This document shows, in pieces, positions 38,239 to 49,537 of a DNA stretch of 64,000 nt. The position numbers and the translations under genes are program-made. The notes under the pieces were generated by a model. The model saw nothing but the letters and a program-made list of their open reading frames with translations. It did not search any database and was not told where the DNA came from. The stretch is from the NCBI RefSeq assembly GCF_011745625.1, contig NW_027191460.1:558001-622000 (forward strand), given 5' to 3'. The number at the start of each line of letters is the position of its first letter. Within the stretch, counting starts at the first letter, position 1. Source of the stretch: Cladosporium halotolerans. Its lineage: Eukaryota.

Positions 38239-38810
38239 GGGGTTGTTGGCGAGGAGTAGAGTGACCCTCCAGGTATCTCCCTAGACAACGGCCACCGGCA
38301 AACACGTACATAATCATAGTGCGAGAGGTAGATTCTGTTCCCTCGCTTAATTACTTTCAACAATCAATGCGCTTCGGTGCTTTATCATTTGTGTTGTTCA
38401 AGACTCAGCACCATATTGTCATGACCATTTGCACTAAAGCTCGGTGACAGAAGCTAAGGACAACCCTTTAGGACGCTTGCATCAAGCCTTTGAAGTTCAA
38501 CATGCTCTAGTTGATACTCGCTCCGTCAAGTGACCTCGTGCAGGCCATGTCGTTAAAGACAGAATGGCAATAGAGGAAATAATACTGCGAACGCTTGTGC
38601 TTCGACGTCAGGAAGTCTTGACAGTGGAAAGCAGACGGGACGATGATCTTTCAAATCTCATGGGATACATTCTAAGGGTCTTCGATAATCTACACAAACC
38701 AATCGTGAAACAATCCCATTCCAGTCTCGTCACACATTCTGACCTGGCATTCCTAGATATCCTCCCCAAAAGCTCAACTCATCCGGAGCCTTCCTTTCCA
38801 CCCTCAAACC

Positions 38811-40463
38811 TTACTCCTTGCCAAACCACTCGCCCGAAACCCACCTGTTGAGCATGTCCAAGCTGCCCTCAGGCTGGTTGTACGGCACCATGTGGCCAGC
38901 GGCGTGGATGCGCATGAAAGTGAGGTTGCCGGAGCTCTTGACGGAGCCGATCTTGCTGCCGTCCTCGAGCAGCTTGAGGTCCTCGAGCGGCGCCTTCTTG
39001 TACGCCTTCTGGCCGGGCCATTCGAGCTCGTTGGTCCAACCCAAATTTCCCAGATGGTTGCAGATGAAATCCGCGTCGCCGGCGTAGACGAGGACGGGGA
39101 TCTCCTCGAGGATGCCGGGGACGAGGCGGTGGTAGGGCTGCATCCAGTCGCCCTGGAAAAGGAAGTTGCGGTTGATGTCCATGTTGCAGGAGTCGTAGCT
39201 GCTGACCTCGGCGCCGAGGGTCTTCATGACGTCCTTGCGGTTGAGGTACTTCTGGATCCACTCGAGCTCGTCGTAGCAGAGGTCGCTGCCGGAGCACTTG
39301 GCGCGGATGTCGTAGGGGTTCTGGCCGGTGCGCTGGTAGGGGCCGATCATGGCGTTGTTGCAGTAGATGCTGGCGGGCACGCAAGACCAGACGCTCTCGC
39401 TGTTGTAGCAAGACTGGATGAGCTGCTGGCAGCGGGGTAGAGAGTTGTCCATGGACTGGCACTGCTGCTCGTCGAGGACGGCGGGCCAGCCACCATCACC
39501 GCAAGCCATGGGGCGGTAGTACTCGTACTGAGTGAGACCATCGGTCAGACCGTTGCCGATCAGGACGGACTTGAGGTTGATGTTGCGCTTCTTGTGAGAC
39601 AGGATCTCGGAAGCGAAGACGGGGATGTAGTGGCCAGCATAGCTCTCACCAGAGATGTGGAAGTCCTGCTTGGCGTACTCGGGGAATTGCTTGAAGAAGA
39701 GAGTGAGGAGGGCGTAGATATCCTTGCCAGCAGCGACGGTGTTGCTGACGGTGCCGCTGGAGTAGGAGTAACCCACGTTCACGGGCTGGTCGAGGAAGAT
39801 GACGCTGGCGTTGGCATTCCACGAGCTGGGGTTGAACTTGACCTCGCCGTTCTTGTCGATGGAAGAGGGACCGAGCTCCATGAAGAGACCGGTGAGGGAA
39901 GAGCAGCCAGGGCCGCCGTTCAACCACAGGACCACAGGGTCGTTCTTGGGGTCGTTGCGAGACTCGAAGAACCAGTAGAACAGGTGCTTGTCATCCTCCT
40001 CGTTGTCAAGGTAGCCGCTGTACTGCTTCACCTTGTCGACGCCCAGGCTGGCCGGGTCGACCTTCTTGGTGCGAAGGTTGAAGTTCTCAAGGTTGCCCTC
40101 AACCTCGCGCTCCTGCTCGCCATTGCTGTTGGTGACCCAGACGTCCTGAATCGCCTTGCCGGATGTCCTGAAGTCCCACTCGGAGTCCGCCTTCTTCTCG
40201 TGAGGCTTGGGCAGGCTGAAGAACGAGGCCTTGCTCATCTCCTCGGGGAACAACATGGCGACCTCGTCCCAGACGGCGCGAGCGTCATCGGTGAGGTGCT
40301 TGAGCTCATGCTCGAGGTGCTTGAACGACTTGGCCCAGGAGCCCTTGTCGGTGGCGGACTCGACAGCCTGCTTGATGGCCTCCGGAGCCTGGAGAGGCTG
40401 CTGCTGCGGCGTGACGGCGGCAGCCGCTGCTCCGATAAGGAGCGATGATACTGCGACCTTCAT
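38811..40463 (-). CDS. PRC1: Vacuolar carboxypeptidase Y (serine carboxypeptidase S10)
   Basis: Pre-pro sequence; WFFESRNDP...[16 protein letters not shown] nucleophile; [14 protein letters not shown]. Confidence 0.97.
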   Translation of the reverse strand: MKVAVSSLLIGAAAAAVTPQQQPLQAPEAIKQAVESATDKGSWAKSFKHLEHELKHLTDDARAVWDEVAMLFPEEMSKASFFSLPKPHEKKADSEWDFRTSGKAIQDVWVTNSNGEQEREVEGNLENFNLRTKKVDPASLGVDKVKQYSGYLDNEEDDKHLFYWFFESRNDPKNDPVVLWLNGGPGCSSLTGLFMELGPSSIDKNGEVKFNPSSWNANASVIFLDQPVNVGYSYSSGTVSNTVAAGKDIYALLTLFFKQFPEYAKQDFHISGESYAGHYIPVFASEILSHKKRNINLKSVLIGNGLTDGLTQYEYYRPMACGDGGWPAVLDEQQCQSMDNSLPRCQQLIQSCYNSESVWSCVPASIYCNNAMIGPYQRTGQNPYDIRAKCSGSDLCYDELEWIQKYLNRKDVMKTLGAEVSSYDSCNMDINRNFLFQGDWMQPYHRLVPGILEEIPVLVYAGDADFICNHLGNLGWTNELEWPGQKAYKKAPLEDLKLLEDGSKIGSVKSSGNLTFMRIHAAGHMVPYNQPEGSLDMLNRWVSGEWFGKE

Positions 40464-40602
40464 CTGGATGGTGTGTTAGTGCTTGGACGTGGATCGGTGT
40501 GTCTTGAGGTGTGCTAGACCATCAGGCGGCAGCAATACCCGAGCATTGGGTAGCTACTGGGTAGTCTCTGCGGGTGGAGGATGCTGATGGGACTGCACTT
40601 AC
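40464..40602 (-). other. Putative 5'UTR intron of the carboxypeptidase Y gene, ending immediately before the ATG
   Basis: On the minus strand: GTAAGT donor at 40602, ACTAAC branch point, CAG acceptor directly abutting ATG 40463. Confidence 0.7.
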
Positions 40603-41430
40603 GTTTGTGATTCCAATGATGATGGAGAGTAACCCAGGGATTGCGGTGGGCTGATCGGGTTGGGTGAGAGTAGGAAGAGAGAGGGAGAGTCACCAAGGTA
40701 CCTGGAGTGTGGAGGAGGCAGTTGGGGCAGGCGGCGAATGACGCGCAGTCCGCGAGCTCGGACGGTTCCCCAGCCAGCGCGACGAGCAGCCGAGCGGCGA
40801 TAGGCAGGCGAGGCGGCACACGGCAAGCTTGCAAGGTACCCGCCGCGGCCTTATCGCCCGTGAGACAAGCCACTGTGCTTGATCCGCCGGTCTCGTGATT
40901 CAGGCACGTGCTGTGTCGCCGGCCGGGTGATTTTGTTTGCTTGCTATCTATCCATGATGGTACGATGTTCTGATACAACACCGGCTGATCTTGTGGCCGA
41001 GAATAATGCGGGAGTAGGATCCGAAACGCTACCCAGGGCCACGGATGTTTCGAAGCACCGTCGTCTGTCTGCCGGTCAATGAAGCGATTGATGCCTTCAG
41101 GGTTGAGGTCACGAGATACGGCGTTGAGTTGGATACATATACTCTCTGGTATCACTAACTATGTGCAATCGTTGCAACAGTAATGAAGGCTCCGATAGCA
41201 CCTCCAGAACAAGCGAGCAGTCACGTGCCTCAGGCCTCGGCGAGTGACTCGCTTGGCGGGGTACATGAGAGCGAATGAGATCATCCCAAAAGTTCGCCTG
41301 TCCTCAAGCACCGAGTCAATTACAAAACATTCAACCGCCCGAGGGAATTTAATTCTCGCGCAGAACACACGCACACCTTTCTCACAACTCACTCTGCGAA
41401 TAGCCTGCACAAGGCTATACATTCACAACC

Positions 41431-42411
41431 ATGCCGTCCGCACAAATCAACCAACCCTCGAACCAAATCAAGCTCACAAACGTTTCTATGGTGCGCCTGA
41501 AAAAGGGCAAGAAGCGCTTCGAGATCGCGTGCTACAAGAACACCGTGCAATCCTTCCGTGCCGGCCACGAGACCGACCTCGACAACGTCCTGCAGATCCC
41601 CAACGTCTTCCTCAACGTCTCCAAGGGCCAGGTCGCACCCAACGATGAGATCCAGAAGGCTTTTGGAAAGGGCGTCAGCCGCGATGAGATTATCATGGAG
41701 ATTTTGAAGAAGGGCGAGCTTCAGGTGGGCGAGAAGGAGAGGCAACAGGAGCTGGAGCGTGTGCATAGGGAGGTGGTGGAGATCGTGGCGGGCAGACTGG
41801 TGGATCCGAAGACCAAGCGCGTGTACACGACTGGTATGGTGGAGAAGGCGCTGGATCAGCTGCAGTCACAAGGTGGAAGTGCAGGAAGACAGGCGGGCAA
41901 GGGCCATGGTGGTGAGGACAGGAGTCAGAGCAGGGAGCAGAGCGCGGCTGGGCAGTCGGGCACAAGTACGCCTTCGAAGCAGCAGAATGGCGAGGCAGAC
42001 GGCGAGGAGAAGAAGGTGTTCAAACCGAAATGGACGGGCGTCAGCACGAATAAGTCTGCCAAATCGCAGGCTCTTGAGGCCATGAAGGCTCTCATCGCAC
42101 ACCAGCCTATCCCCGTCGCCCGCGCTCGCATGCGCCTGCGCATCACCTGCCCGACCAGCATTCTCAAGCAGACCGTCAAGCTGCCTCCGAAGAGCGAAGG
42201 CGAGGAGCCCGAGAAGGGATCGGTCAAGGACAAGATCTTGTCCTTCGTTGAGCAAGTGGAAACTCAGGACGTCATGGGTGAGGAGTGGGAGTGCGTCGGC
42301 TTTGTCGAGCCTGGCAGCTTCAAGACATTGGGCGAATTCATCAACACGCAGACAAAGGGCCGTGCAGTAGCAGAGGTACTCGACATGGCTGTGACACAGG
42401 AAGAAAAGTGA
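41431..42411 (+). CDS. SDO1: Ribosome maturation factor SBDS/Sdo1
   Basis: INQPSNQIKLTNVSMVRLKKGKKRFEIACYKN, KGELQV, KSAKSQALE, IPVARARMRLRI. Confidence 0.97.
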   Translation: MPSAQINQPSNQIKLTNVSMVRLKKGKKRFEIACYKNTVQSFRAGHETDLDNVLQIPNVFLNVSKGQVAPNDEIQKAFGKGVSRDEIIMEILKKGELQVGEKERQQELERVHREVVEIVAGRLVDPKTKRVYTTGMVEKALDQLQSQGGSAGRQAGKGHGGEDRSQSREQSAAGQSGTSTPSKQQNGEADGEEKKVFKPKWTGVSTNKSAKSQALEAMKALIAHQPIPVARARMRLRITCPTSILKQTVKLPPKSEGEEPEKGSVKDKILSFVEQVETQDVMGEEWECVGFVEPGSFKTLGEFINTQTKGRAVAEVLDMAVTQEEK

Positions 42412-43079
42412 GGTTAAAAAATTCGATCATGGGAAGGAAGTTGGTTCTGCTGCGTTTGAGCGATGACATAGACACGAAATAAAACGATTTGCATATGATA
42501 TCTTCAGAGTCCTACCTGCCTGCATAGTTGGCCGCCCGCGATCTCAGAGAGGTAGTCGATGTTGCCCCTGTCCATTTGGGTTGCCCATCCCCGCGGTGGA
42601 GATCTTCCTCTCCGACTCATTTGTTACCGATTGCTTTTTTCTCGCCTGGTCCCGCGATCCCGATAAGCGTGTGAATTCCTAGACCGTCGCTAAACAGTGC
42701 ACTACTAGCGAAGCCATGTACTACATAATTTGTAATCCTTCCAATGGCTTCCATTCCTTTAAACAACGAGACACCGCTTCTTTCACCAAGCATCTGCCAC
42801 GCAGTCGATCTTTGTAAGCGTTGTGGGGCTCAGGGTCGAGACGTTTCCTCGATGGAGATGGAAAGCCATACCATCTCCACTTTCGGCACGTTTGGCCTCC
42901 CCTCGTCCCTTGTTTGCTAACACGCTACGAGGTGCCGCAGCCCCACGTTGGGACCAAAGCAGACGGCTACATAAATTGTCGCCGCCTGCCGCGTCGTCAA
43001 CTACGATCTTTCTCCAATACCCTCTAGACTTCATATTTCTTCAATTTTCAAAAAGTACATTCCTACCAATACCGCCACA

Positions 43080-43679
43080 ATGCCTTACGCTCTCTACGAA
43101 GCCTCCATCGTCCCCGCCAAGAACTCCCTCGAGTCCTTGACTGCCATCCTCAAGAAGGCTGAGGCCTCTGAGAAGGCCGCCGAGTTCCCCCAGACTCGCC
43201 TCCACCCTGACATGCTTCCGCTCGCCTTCCAGATCCACATGATCACCAACGTAAGCTTCTCCTTCCTTAAACGACCCTTAAACCACACAGATCAACTGAC
43301 CCTCTTTCCGCCACAGCTCTGCCAACAAGCCGCCGCCCGCCTCACCGGCGCCGAGCCCGCCGCCTACGAGAACAACCTCGCCAGCTTCGCCGACTTCCAC
43401 GCGCGCATCGCCGAGGTCTCCGCGCTCGTCGCCAAGGCCGACAAGAAGACCGTCGACGCCATGGACGGCGAGGACGTGACCATTGGCTTCGGCCCGGGCA
43501 AGAGCGTCACGCTGTCCGCCGAGGGCTACGTCAACGGCTGGGTCGTGCCCAACCTGTTCTTCCACATGACCACCGCGTACAACATCTTCCGCAAGGAGGG
43601 CGTCGACCTCGGCAAGATGGACTTCCTCAAGCCGTATGTTGCTGGCTACGTCGATTTGGCGGCTGCGGGTCTCGCTTAA
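43080..43679 (+). CDS. DUF1993 family (DinB-like helical) protein
   Basis: RLHPDMLPLAFQI, PNLFFHMTTAYNIFRKEGVDLGKMDFL. In-frame intron 43251-43316. Confidence 0.88.
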   Translation: MPYALYEASIVPAKNSLESLTAILKKAEASEKAAEFPQTRLHPDMLPLAFQIHMITNVSFSFLKRPLNHTDQLTLFPPQLCQQAAARLTGAEPAAYENNLASFADFHARIAEVSALVAKADKKTVDAMDGEDVTIGFGPGKSVTLSAEGYVNGWVVPNLFFHMTTAYNIFRKEGVDLGKMDFLKPYVAGYVDLAAAGLA

Positions 43680-44137
43680 GAGTTGGATTCGGCGAAAAGT
43701 CAGGGATGGTGAAGGTGTATTAGATGAGATATGAAAATCATGCTTCCTCTTTCTGTATTTCGAGTCCATCGTGTCCTGAAGATTCGTGGAGTGCATATTG
43801 TGTAAATTGCGCTCAAGTGACTTCGGATCGTCTCAAGGGAGTTGCTCAAGCGTGTGTTGCAGCGCAAGACTGCCGAGAGGCGATCTTCTTTATCTTGCTG
43901 GCCGCAGGTGTCTCCGCGCGTCCTTTTCGCTTTGAAAGCCTCGAGCTCGCCTTCTCTCGTCCAAAGGGCCCGATTCAGTTGTCGTGCCCTTTGCAACCGA
44001 GCGACAGGCCTGGTCGCCCAGTCGTTGTCCAAATGTTTACCAGATGGCTGACTCTTTCGCGAGAAAGCATCGGCCGAGCCCATCTCCTCGCTGAGACCCA
44101 AAAACCCCGCAAGCAGGCTTCTTCCCCAGTAACACTC

Positions 44138-44509
44138 TCAATCCCAATCATCCGTATAAACCTTCTTCTTCCTCCTCATCCTGATCGGCCCCACTTCCAT
44201 CCAGCTAACATCCATCGGCACTTTCCTCCCATCCGGATACAGAATCACACAATCCCCCATCGCCCGCGCCTCCCACGCCAGCGCCTTGATCGCCGGGTAC
44301 GCTTCTTCGGCCATGCCGTAGCCTAGGTTCGCGAGCTCGGCCGGAGACAGCTTTATGGCCACGTCGGAGGTCTTGAAGACTTCGGGCGGCTCGGTGTAGT
44401 CCAGCAGGCTGCTAAAATGCGCGCGCAGGGCCGGGTCGTTGGCTGCGACCATGGGGTCGTCGGGGCGGTCTTTCTTGGGCGCCGAGCCCCAAAGCCAGCC
44501 GAAGACCAT
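44138..44509 (-). CDS. Small protein, probably a divergent DUF3253 (winged-helix) family member
   Basis: 123-aa ORF with coding-like codon use. Pattern LL..TEPPEVFKTSDVA...YPAIKALAWEARAMGDCVIL..G..VP...GPIRMRR resembles DUF3253. Confidence 0.6.
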   Translation of the reverse strand: MVFGWLWGSAPKKDRPDDPMVAANDPALRAHFSSLLDYTEPPEVFKTSDVAIKLSPAELANLGYGMAEEAYPAIKALAWEARAMGDCVILYPDGRKVPMDVSWMEVGPIRMRRKKKVYTDDWD

Positions 44510-45450
44510 CGTGTCTGGCTATTTGGGTGTAGTGGGAGGAGGATTGTTTGGCAAGTAGGGAAAGCTCAAGAGACCGCGAAGTCTGGGTGGCCCAGAGTTT
44601 CTTGGATTCTGGCTTTCGCGCTAGGCCAGGAACGAGCACCAGCGACTAATGTCAACAGCAATTGTGCCAGTCATGCTTCGGAGGGTTGAAGTAGCAGAAG
44701 CACCAGGCGATGCTTCCATACTGATAGGCGGCAGCTTCATAGATGGTGGGAGCTGGCAACTGTAATCATTCCTCATGCAAGACTGACTTTGGCAGGGATG
44801 ATGGAGGGCGAAGCTATTCAGGAAGAAGCTGAACGAAGGTATGGCGACAGGAATGCGACTCAAAGAGTGTTCGACGAGAGCTATCTGTACCTTACGTAAC
44901 TGGGACGGTGGGCTGCTCTGTTGAGATTTGGAGTCTATTGTCAAATTGATGCAAACTTCCAGGGCCAAAGGATGGGTTGGTATCCATTAGCACGAAGTGA
45001 TCGGTGTCGACTCATACGCTACAACTTTCTACAGCGAAGATGCTGCCGAGGAGAGTCATGCTCAAGTGCCCAATTCAAATCCAATGCATTGTGAGACAAG
45101 CAAGACAGCATCCAGATGTTCCAAGAATCGCAGCTTTTGCCCTCAATGTTCGACAATTTCTCGCGGCACACGGTATTCAGTGAACCATGATCTCTGAAGC
45201 CTGAATCATTTGCAAGCTATCCGTGGCTTTCCGTTAGCGTAGCGCGACACACGACTATGTCCGCCCCAATTACTTCGTCTCGAACCTTTCGTACGTTGTG
45301 CGGACGAAACGAAGAAGTGAGTATTTCAGAGATAGCCCATGCTCGCCGGTAAATACAGGATGTGACTCCATTGATATCTAGATTCAGAGTGCACAGCGGG
45401 GATGCGGAGGTGATATTTGTATTCACGAGCATCTATGTAGATGTCTGATA

Positions 45451-46731
45451 CTAACCAGAAGATACGTTTGCACCGTCGAAGATACGCATGGCAGCTAAAG
45501 TTACAATCGGAGCACCCATCACTACATCATGAAGTCCATACTTCAGTAGATACTCCGATATCACTCCGTGGTGTGTACGCCAGTGTGCTTCGTGTCCTGC
45601 GTGGCCAATGTCTTGACCTTCGTTGGATTTCCACTCGGCTACATCGTCCTGTCCGATTTCATGTGAGCTGGTTGCGTTGGCCGCATGCCAGAACAGCGTT
45701 GGAGTGTGATGCCAAGGAATGTCGTAGTCGTCTTCGGCATGGATGAGTGTGATTCGATATTGATGTGCCGATGCTTCGTTTGCACGGACGTAATTGGCAA
45801 TACGTGTCTTTGTAGACCAGTCCTCCTTAATGTGAGATTTCAGGAAGTTGAACAACATCGGATACTGAGCGACTGGTGATAAAACAGGGATCGTGCCTGC
45901 GATCTTGTACGTCGTCACCAGTGTTGGGACATCCACGAAAGGCGCGATCATGATGTGGCCTGCAAAGATGATTGGCTCGTTCAGCGTGGAATAGTGTTGA
46001 GCTACAGCCATGTTTACAGCTGTTCCGAGCGACTGTCCGAAGATGAGGATGCGGAAAGGAGGTATCTTCGCCACGTGCAAAGCCCAATCAACGACAGATA
46101 TGGCATCTTGTATTATGTCGTTCTCTGTGGGACTGCCGGGACTTTTTCCGAATCCCCTGTAGTCAAAAGTCAGGACGTGTATCTTATCGGGGTTGCCAGC
46201 TGTAAGTGCTCGGTAATTGGGTATGCGGTAGCCAGAGCCCATGTTGCCACCAGCGCCGTGGAAGTGTATGGCAAGTAAAGCTTCTGGATCATCACGGAGC
46301 AGATTAAATCCAGGTGTAGATGTGACATCGTGTGCAAGACCAGTTGGTCCTTCCATGAGGTTGGCCTGATGCTTGCGGTATAGGCCGATTGGTAGGATGT
46401 GCCATGAATGTAAAGGAGTCCCATCCGAAGAGTGTATGTTGAACGGAGTTACTTGGCCCCTGAGGAAACCGAACATTTCTGGAACATTCAGATCTTTGTC
46501 GCCTGTCATCTGAAATGCATGAAGGTAAACGGCATGCCTCTGAATGAATTGTGTTGTTAAAGCAGCGAGAAGCCCCGCGTAAAGACTCGCGAGGCCTACC
46601 GCCAGCGCTGCTACAAATTTTACGCATAATATCAACATTTTCAAGGAGACCTCGACGCAAGCGAACAAGAAATTGTGCGAATGAGGGAACGGTGTGTTGA
46701 CATTGAGAGTGGGATGAGTGGTCGTGTTCAT
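45451..46731 (-). CDS. Membrane-anchored alpha/beta hydrolase, ABHD12/Bem46-like; start ATG at 46731 or 46638
   Basis: N-terminal TM, FHGAGG oxyanion region, FDYRGFGKSPGSPTE, GQSLG nucleophile, IHAEDDYDIP, YGLHD. Confidence 0.9.
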   Translation of the reverse strand: MNTTTHPTLNVNTPFPHSHNFLFACVEVSLKMLILCVKFVAALAVGLASLYAGLLAALTTQFIQRHAVYLHAFQMTGDKDLNVPEMFGFLRGQVTPFNIHSSDGTPLHSWHILPIGLYRKHQANLMEGPTGLAHDVTSTPGFNLLRDDPEALLAIHFHGAGGNMGSGYRIPNYRALTAGNPDKIHVLTFDYRGFGKSPGSPTENDIIQDAISVVDWALHVAKIPPFRILIFGQSLGTAVNMAVAQHYSTLNEPIIFAGHIMIAPFVDVPTLVTTYKIAGTIPVLSPVAQYPMLFNFLKSHIKEDWSTKTRIANYVRANEASAHQYRITLIHAEDDYDIPWHHTPTLFWHAANATSSHEIGQDDVAEWKSNEGQDIGHAGHEAHWRTHHGVISEYLLKYGLHDVVMGAPIVTLAAMRIFDGANVSSG

Positions 46732-47046
46732 GGCGGGACGCCCCGCCGCAGCTGAGCGCTTGGGCCCTGCGAGCAACAGGAGAACCGTGGGCATGAAGCA
46801 GCGTAACAGACCACTCACGCTGGGCGAGACGGCACCTGTAACTATTTTTCGATGCGGCCGCAGTGCCGCAGCGCTAGACGAGACGATGTTCGCATTTGTC
46901 TGGGGCCTACCTTTCATTCGCAAGGAAAGGCCTGCTGTTCCGTCAGATGCGTACTTTAAGGTAGGTAGGCTTCCCGGACGACTTTGTCTTCTCAATCAAT
47001 GAAGGTACACGACATGCGACTAGAATTTGCATGATTTTTCGGCGAT

Positions 47047-48282
47047 ATGGGCATTGTGCCAGGCTTGAATCACACCGAGATACCCACAGAAGACGCGCCA
47101 CAGCTCCTGGGCTGGACTCCGGAGGTCAAACGGCGTGGAACATGGACTTTGATCTTGTCTAGTGTCAGCACCATCTTCCTGTGCACATGGGTAGTCATCC
47201 ATCCTCGCGTGGATAGAAGACTGAAGCATCGACTCGTGCACAAGATAGCTCTTCTCGTTAAGACAGTCATCGCGCCGGAGCTGATTGCCGTGGAGGCTGC
47301 CCAGGAATGGACCCAGGCCCGAAGGATCATGAAGCAGTGCTCAGAATACACCAACGGCGAACTGAAACTGGTGCATGCATTCTACATCGGAATGCTGGGT
47401 ATTAGGTATCGTGTCTGGCCGAAGAACGAGGACAGGAAGGATTGTCATACGAAGATCTTGTGGTCTCCGCAATTCGTGTGGTTGCTTCAGAATGGCCACA
47501 TCCGTTGGGATCATACGCAGGAGTGGGGCCTCCTTGAGGAGCTAATCGACGACAAAAGCAATGCCGACTCGATGGCAAAGCTCATCGCTCTAGGCGGTGT
47601 GGCCAAATTTTCAATCGACTGCATCTTGCGAGTCTACCGTCATCTTCCGGTGGCTCCTCTAGAGTCGATGACTCTAGGTTACATACCTCTCTTTGCTTTG
47701 ACATACTTTTTCTGGTGGTTGAAGCCCAAAGACATCGACACGCCATCCGTGATCGACCTACCCCCTCTGGAAGGCACAGACCGAGAAGCTTTCGACAAAC
47801 TCGCTCTTTCTGATGCATTTGACGACGAGGGAAAGCCGTACCAGGAATCACTTTCACAGGCATGGCGTCTCATGCCCCGGGACTTTGAGCAGGAAGCGGT
47901 GCAACAAGAATTCATCGATATGCGGAATTCCAAATACGGCCAAGGCAGGCTGCTCGCCAATTGGGATCCGGAGCTGTACCGTTCGAAACTGTGGCCAGTT
48001 ACCTGTCTATTTGGTATTTCTTTCGGAGCTTTGCATCTCGCTTCGTGGAATATCGTGTTTCCCACTCTCGCCGAGCTGTGGATCTGGCGTATATCGGCAA
48101 TAGTGTCGATGGTGGCCATGTTGGTTTTTATGCAATTTGAAAAGGTGGTTCTTCGGTGGAGGGATCCTGTCACAATCATCTGCATCACTTCAGTGGGCTT
48201 GTACATACTGAGCCGCATCGGAGCGATGGTTGAAGTTTTCATATCCTTGAGGGGTTCCGAGCCTGGTATTTATGAGACTTGA
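47047..48282 (+). CDS. Conserved fungal multi-pass membrane protein of unknown function
   Basis: 411-aa ORF with RGTWTLILSSVSTIFLCTWVVIHP, IAPEL...QEW, HAFY..MLG, IDDKSNAD, FWWLKPKDI, FGALHLASWN..FPT..E..IWR, a motif set recurrent in fungal hypothetical proteins. Confidence 0.8.
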   Translation: MGIVPGLNHTEIPTEDAPQLLGWTPEVKRRGTWTLILSSVSTIFLCTWVVIHPRVDRRLKHRLVHKIALLVKTVIAPELIAVEAAQEWTQARRIMKQCSEYTNGELKLVHAFYIGMLGIRYRVWPKNEDRKDCHTKILWSPQFVWLLQNGHIRWDHTQEWGLLEELIDDKSNADSMAKLIALGGVAKFSIDCILRVYRHLPVAPLESMTLGYIPLFALTYFFWWLKPKDIDTPSVIDLPPLEGTDREAFDKLALSDAFDDEGKPYQESLSQAWRLMPRDFEQEAVQQEFIDMRNSKYGQGRLLANWDPELYRSKLWPVTCLFGISFGALHLASWNIVFPTLAELWIWRISAIVSMVAMLVFMQFEKVVLRWRDPVTIICITSVGLYILSRIGAMVEVFISLRGSEPGIYET

Positions 48283-48799
48283 ACTTGCCTAGAATGGATG
48301 CAAGAAATGTATAGGTGACATTGGCGTCCCTTCTATTATTCCTTCGAGCTCGTGCTTTGGTGAAGATGAGCCTTTCAGTGAAAGCCCCGGCAGTCAACAA
48401 AATTTGAGATCCGTGTGAAGTGAATACCTGAGTCATCAATGCTTCATACAAACAGTCCACTTTCAGTCAAATCTCGCTAGTCGAATTGACTTGATATATC
48501 TTGTATTTCCTTATGTATTTTAAGAACATAGAGCACAGAATGTTCGACATCACAACTAGACGCCGTCGAATGACGTATGCGACCTTCAGCCCTGCCGATT
48601 CCCAGGCCAACCCGCAGACCCCGCTTTTTCCACTTTGTCGCGCGCGCGTCTCGTGTCGGGCACGCGCTCTCCATTTTCTCGCGACGTTCAAAGCCCAGGC
48701 CAGCGACATCGTCATTGTTTATCCCGCTATCCTTATCGTATCTTCCCACTCCCACGCCCTCAAGCACTTCAAGACTTTCCTTGACAGGTTAGAGCGAAC

Positions 48800-49537
48800 A
48801 TGATGGCAACGCCAGCCATACAGGCAGCAGAGCACACCCGCAAACGCCAATTCCAGCCCTCGATCGATTCGTTCTTTCAGCGCAATGGCACTACGAGCGC
48901 CGGATCCGGTTCACCTTCGCGAGTCACATCACCACTGTCACCACCGATCCCCGCAGAAACTCAGTCCTCCCTGCTTAGCGTAGGCATGCGTGTGCGCAAG
49001 AGTGTTCCGGAGGGCTACAAAACTCACAAGACGATGCCCGCGGCCGGCTTCCCTTTTCCCAGCACCGCACCTGTAAGCGACTTGAAACCGGTGCGGCCAG
49101 CATATACAACTTCCAACTCGAGGGAGCTGGCACCTTTCTGTGGTCTCCACAAAGTCGGTGGCTTCGCTGCCCCACCTTCTTCCGCACCGGCCGCTTTTCA
49201 GAGCGAGCTGGATGTCAATGGCTCCATGCCTGCTCTGAGCATGTCACAAAGCACTCTCTCATCGACACAGGATAGCACTGTCTCAGCGATTCCGAACACC
49301 AAGATATCGAACAAGCGTTCGTACGACGAGGAGATAGAGGAAGATCTGGATGCATACTTTGACGAAGTCGAGGCCGAGGAACAAACGGCATCCTTAGCGC
49401 CCCGCCGTATCGCCAAACTCAAAGGATCTCCTCGCAAAGCAGGCATGGGTGACAGTGGCATGTTCGCATTTGGCAGCGGACAGGAGGGCGACTTCGAAGA
49501 AGCGACGTTTTTGGTTCCGATGGAGACAGACGCATGA
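48800..49537 (+). CDS. Ribonucleotide reductase inhibitor-like protein (Spd1/Dif1 family), largely disordered
   Basis: QSSLLSVGMRVRKSVPEGYKT Spd1/Hug-type motif, ELAPFCGLHKVG, acidic C-terminus ending DFEEATFL. Confidence 0.82.
   Translation: MMATPAIQAAEHTRKRQFQPSIDSFFQRNGTTSAGSGSPSRVTSPLSPPIPAETQSSLLSVGMRVRKSVPEGYKTHKTMPAAGFPFPSTAPVSDLKPVRPAYTTSNSRELAPFCGLHKVGGFAAPPSSAPAAFQSELDVNGSMPALSMSQSTLSSTQDSTVSAIPNTKISNKRSYDEEIEEDLDAYFDEVEAEEQTASLAPRRIAKLKGSPRKAGMGDSGMFAFGSGQEGDFEEATFLVPMETDA

Noticed and set aside
44600..45200. Possible degenerate gene fragment (MEGEAIQEEAERRYG...*LGRWAALLRF...) between the small ORF and the hydrolase
   Set aside because: No family motif recognised; cannot be supported without a homology search.
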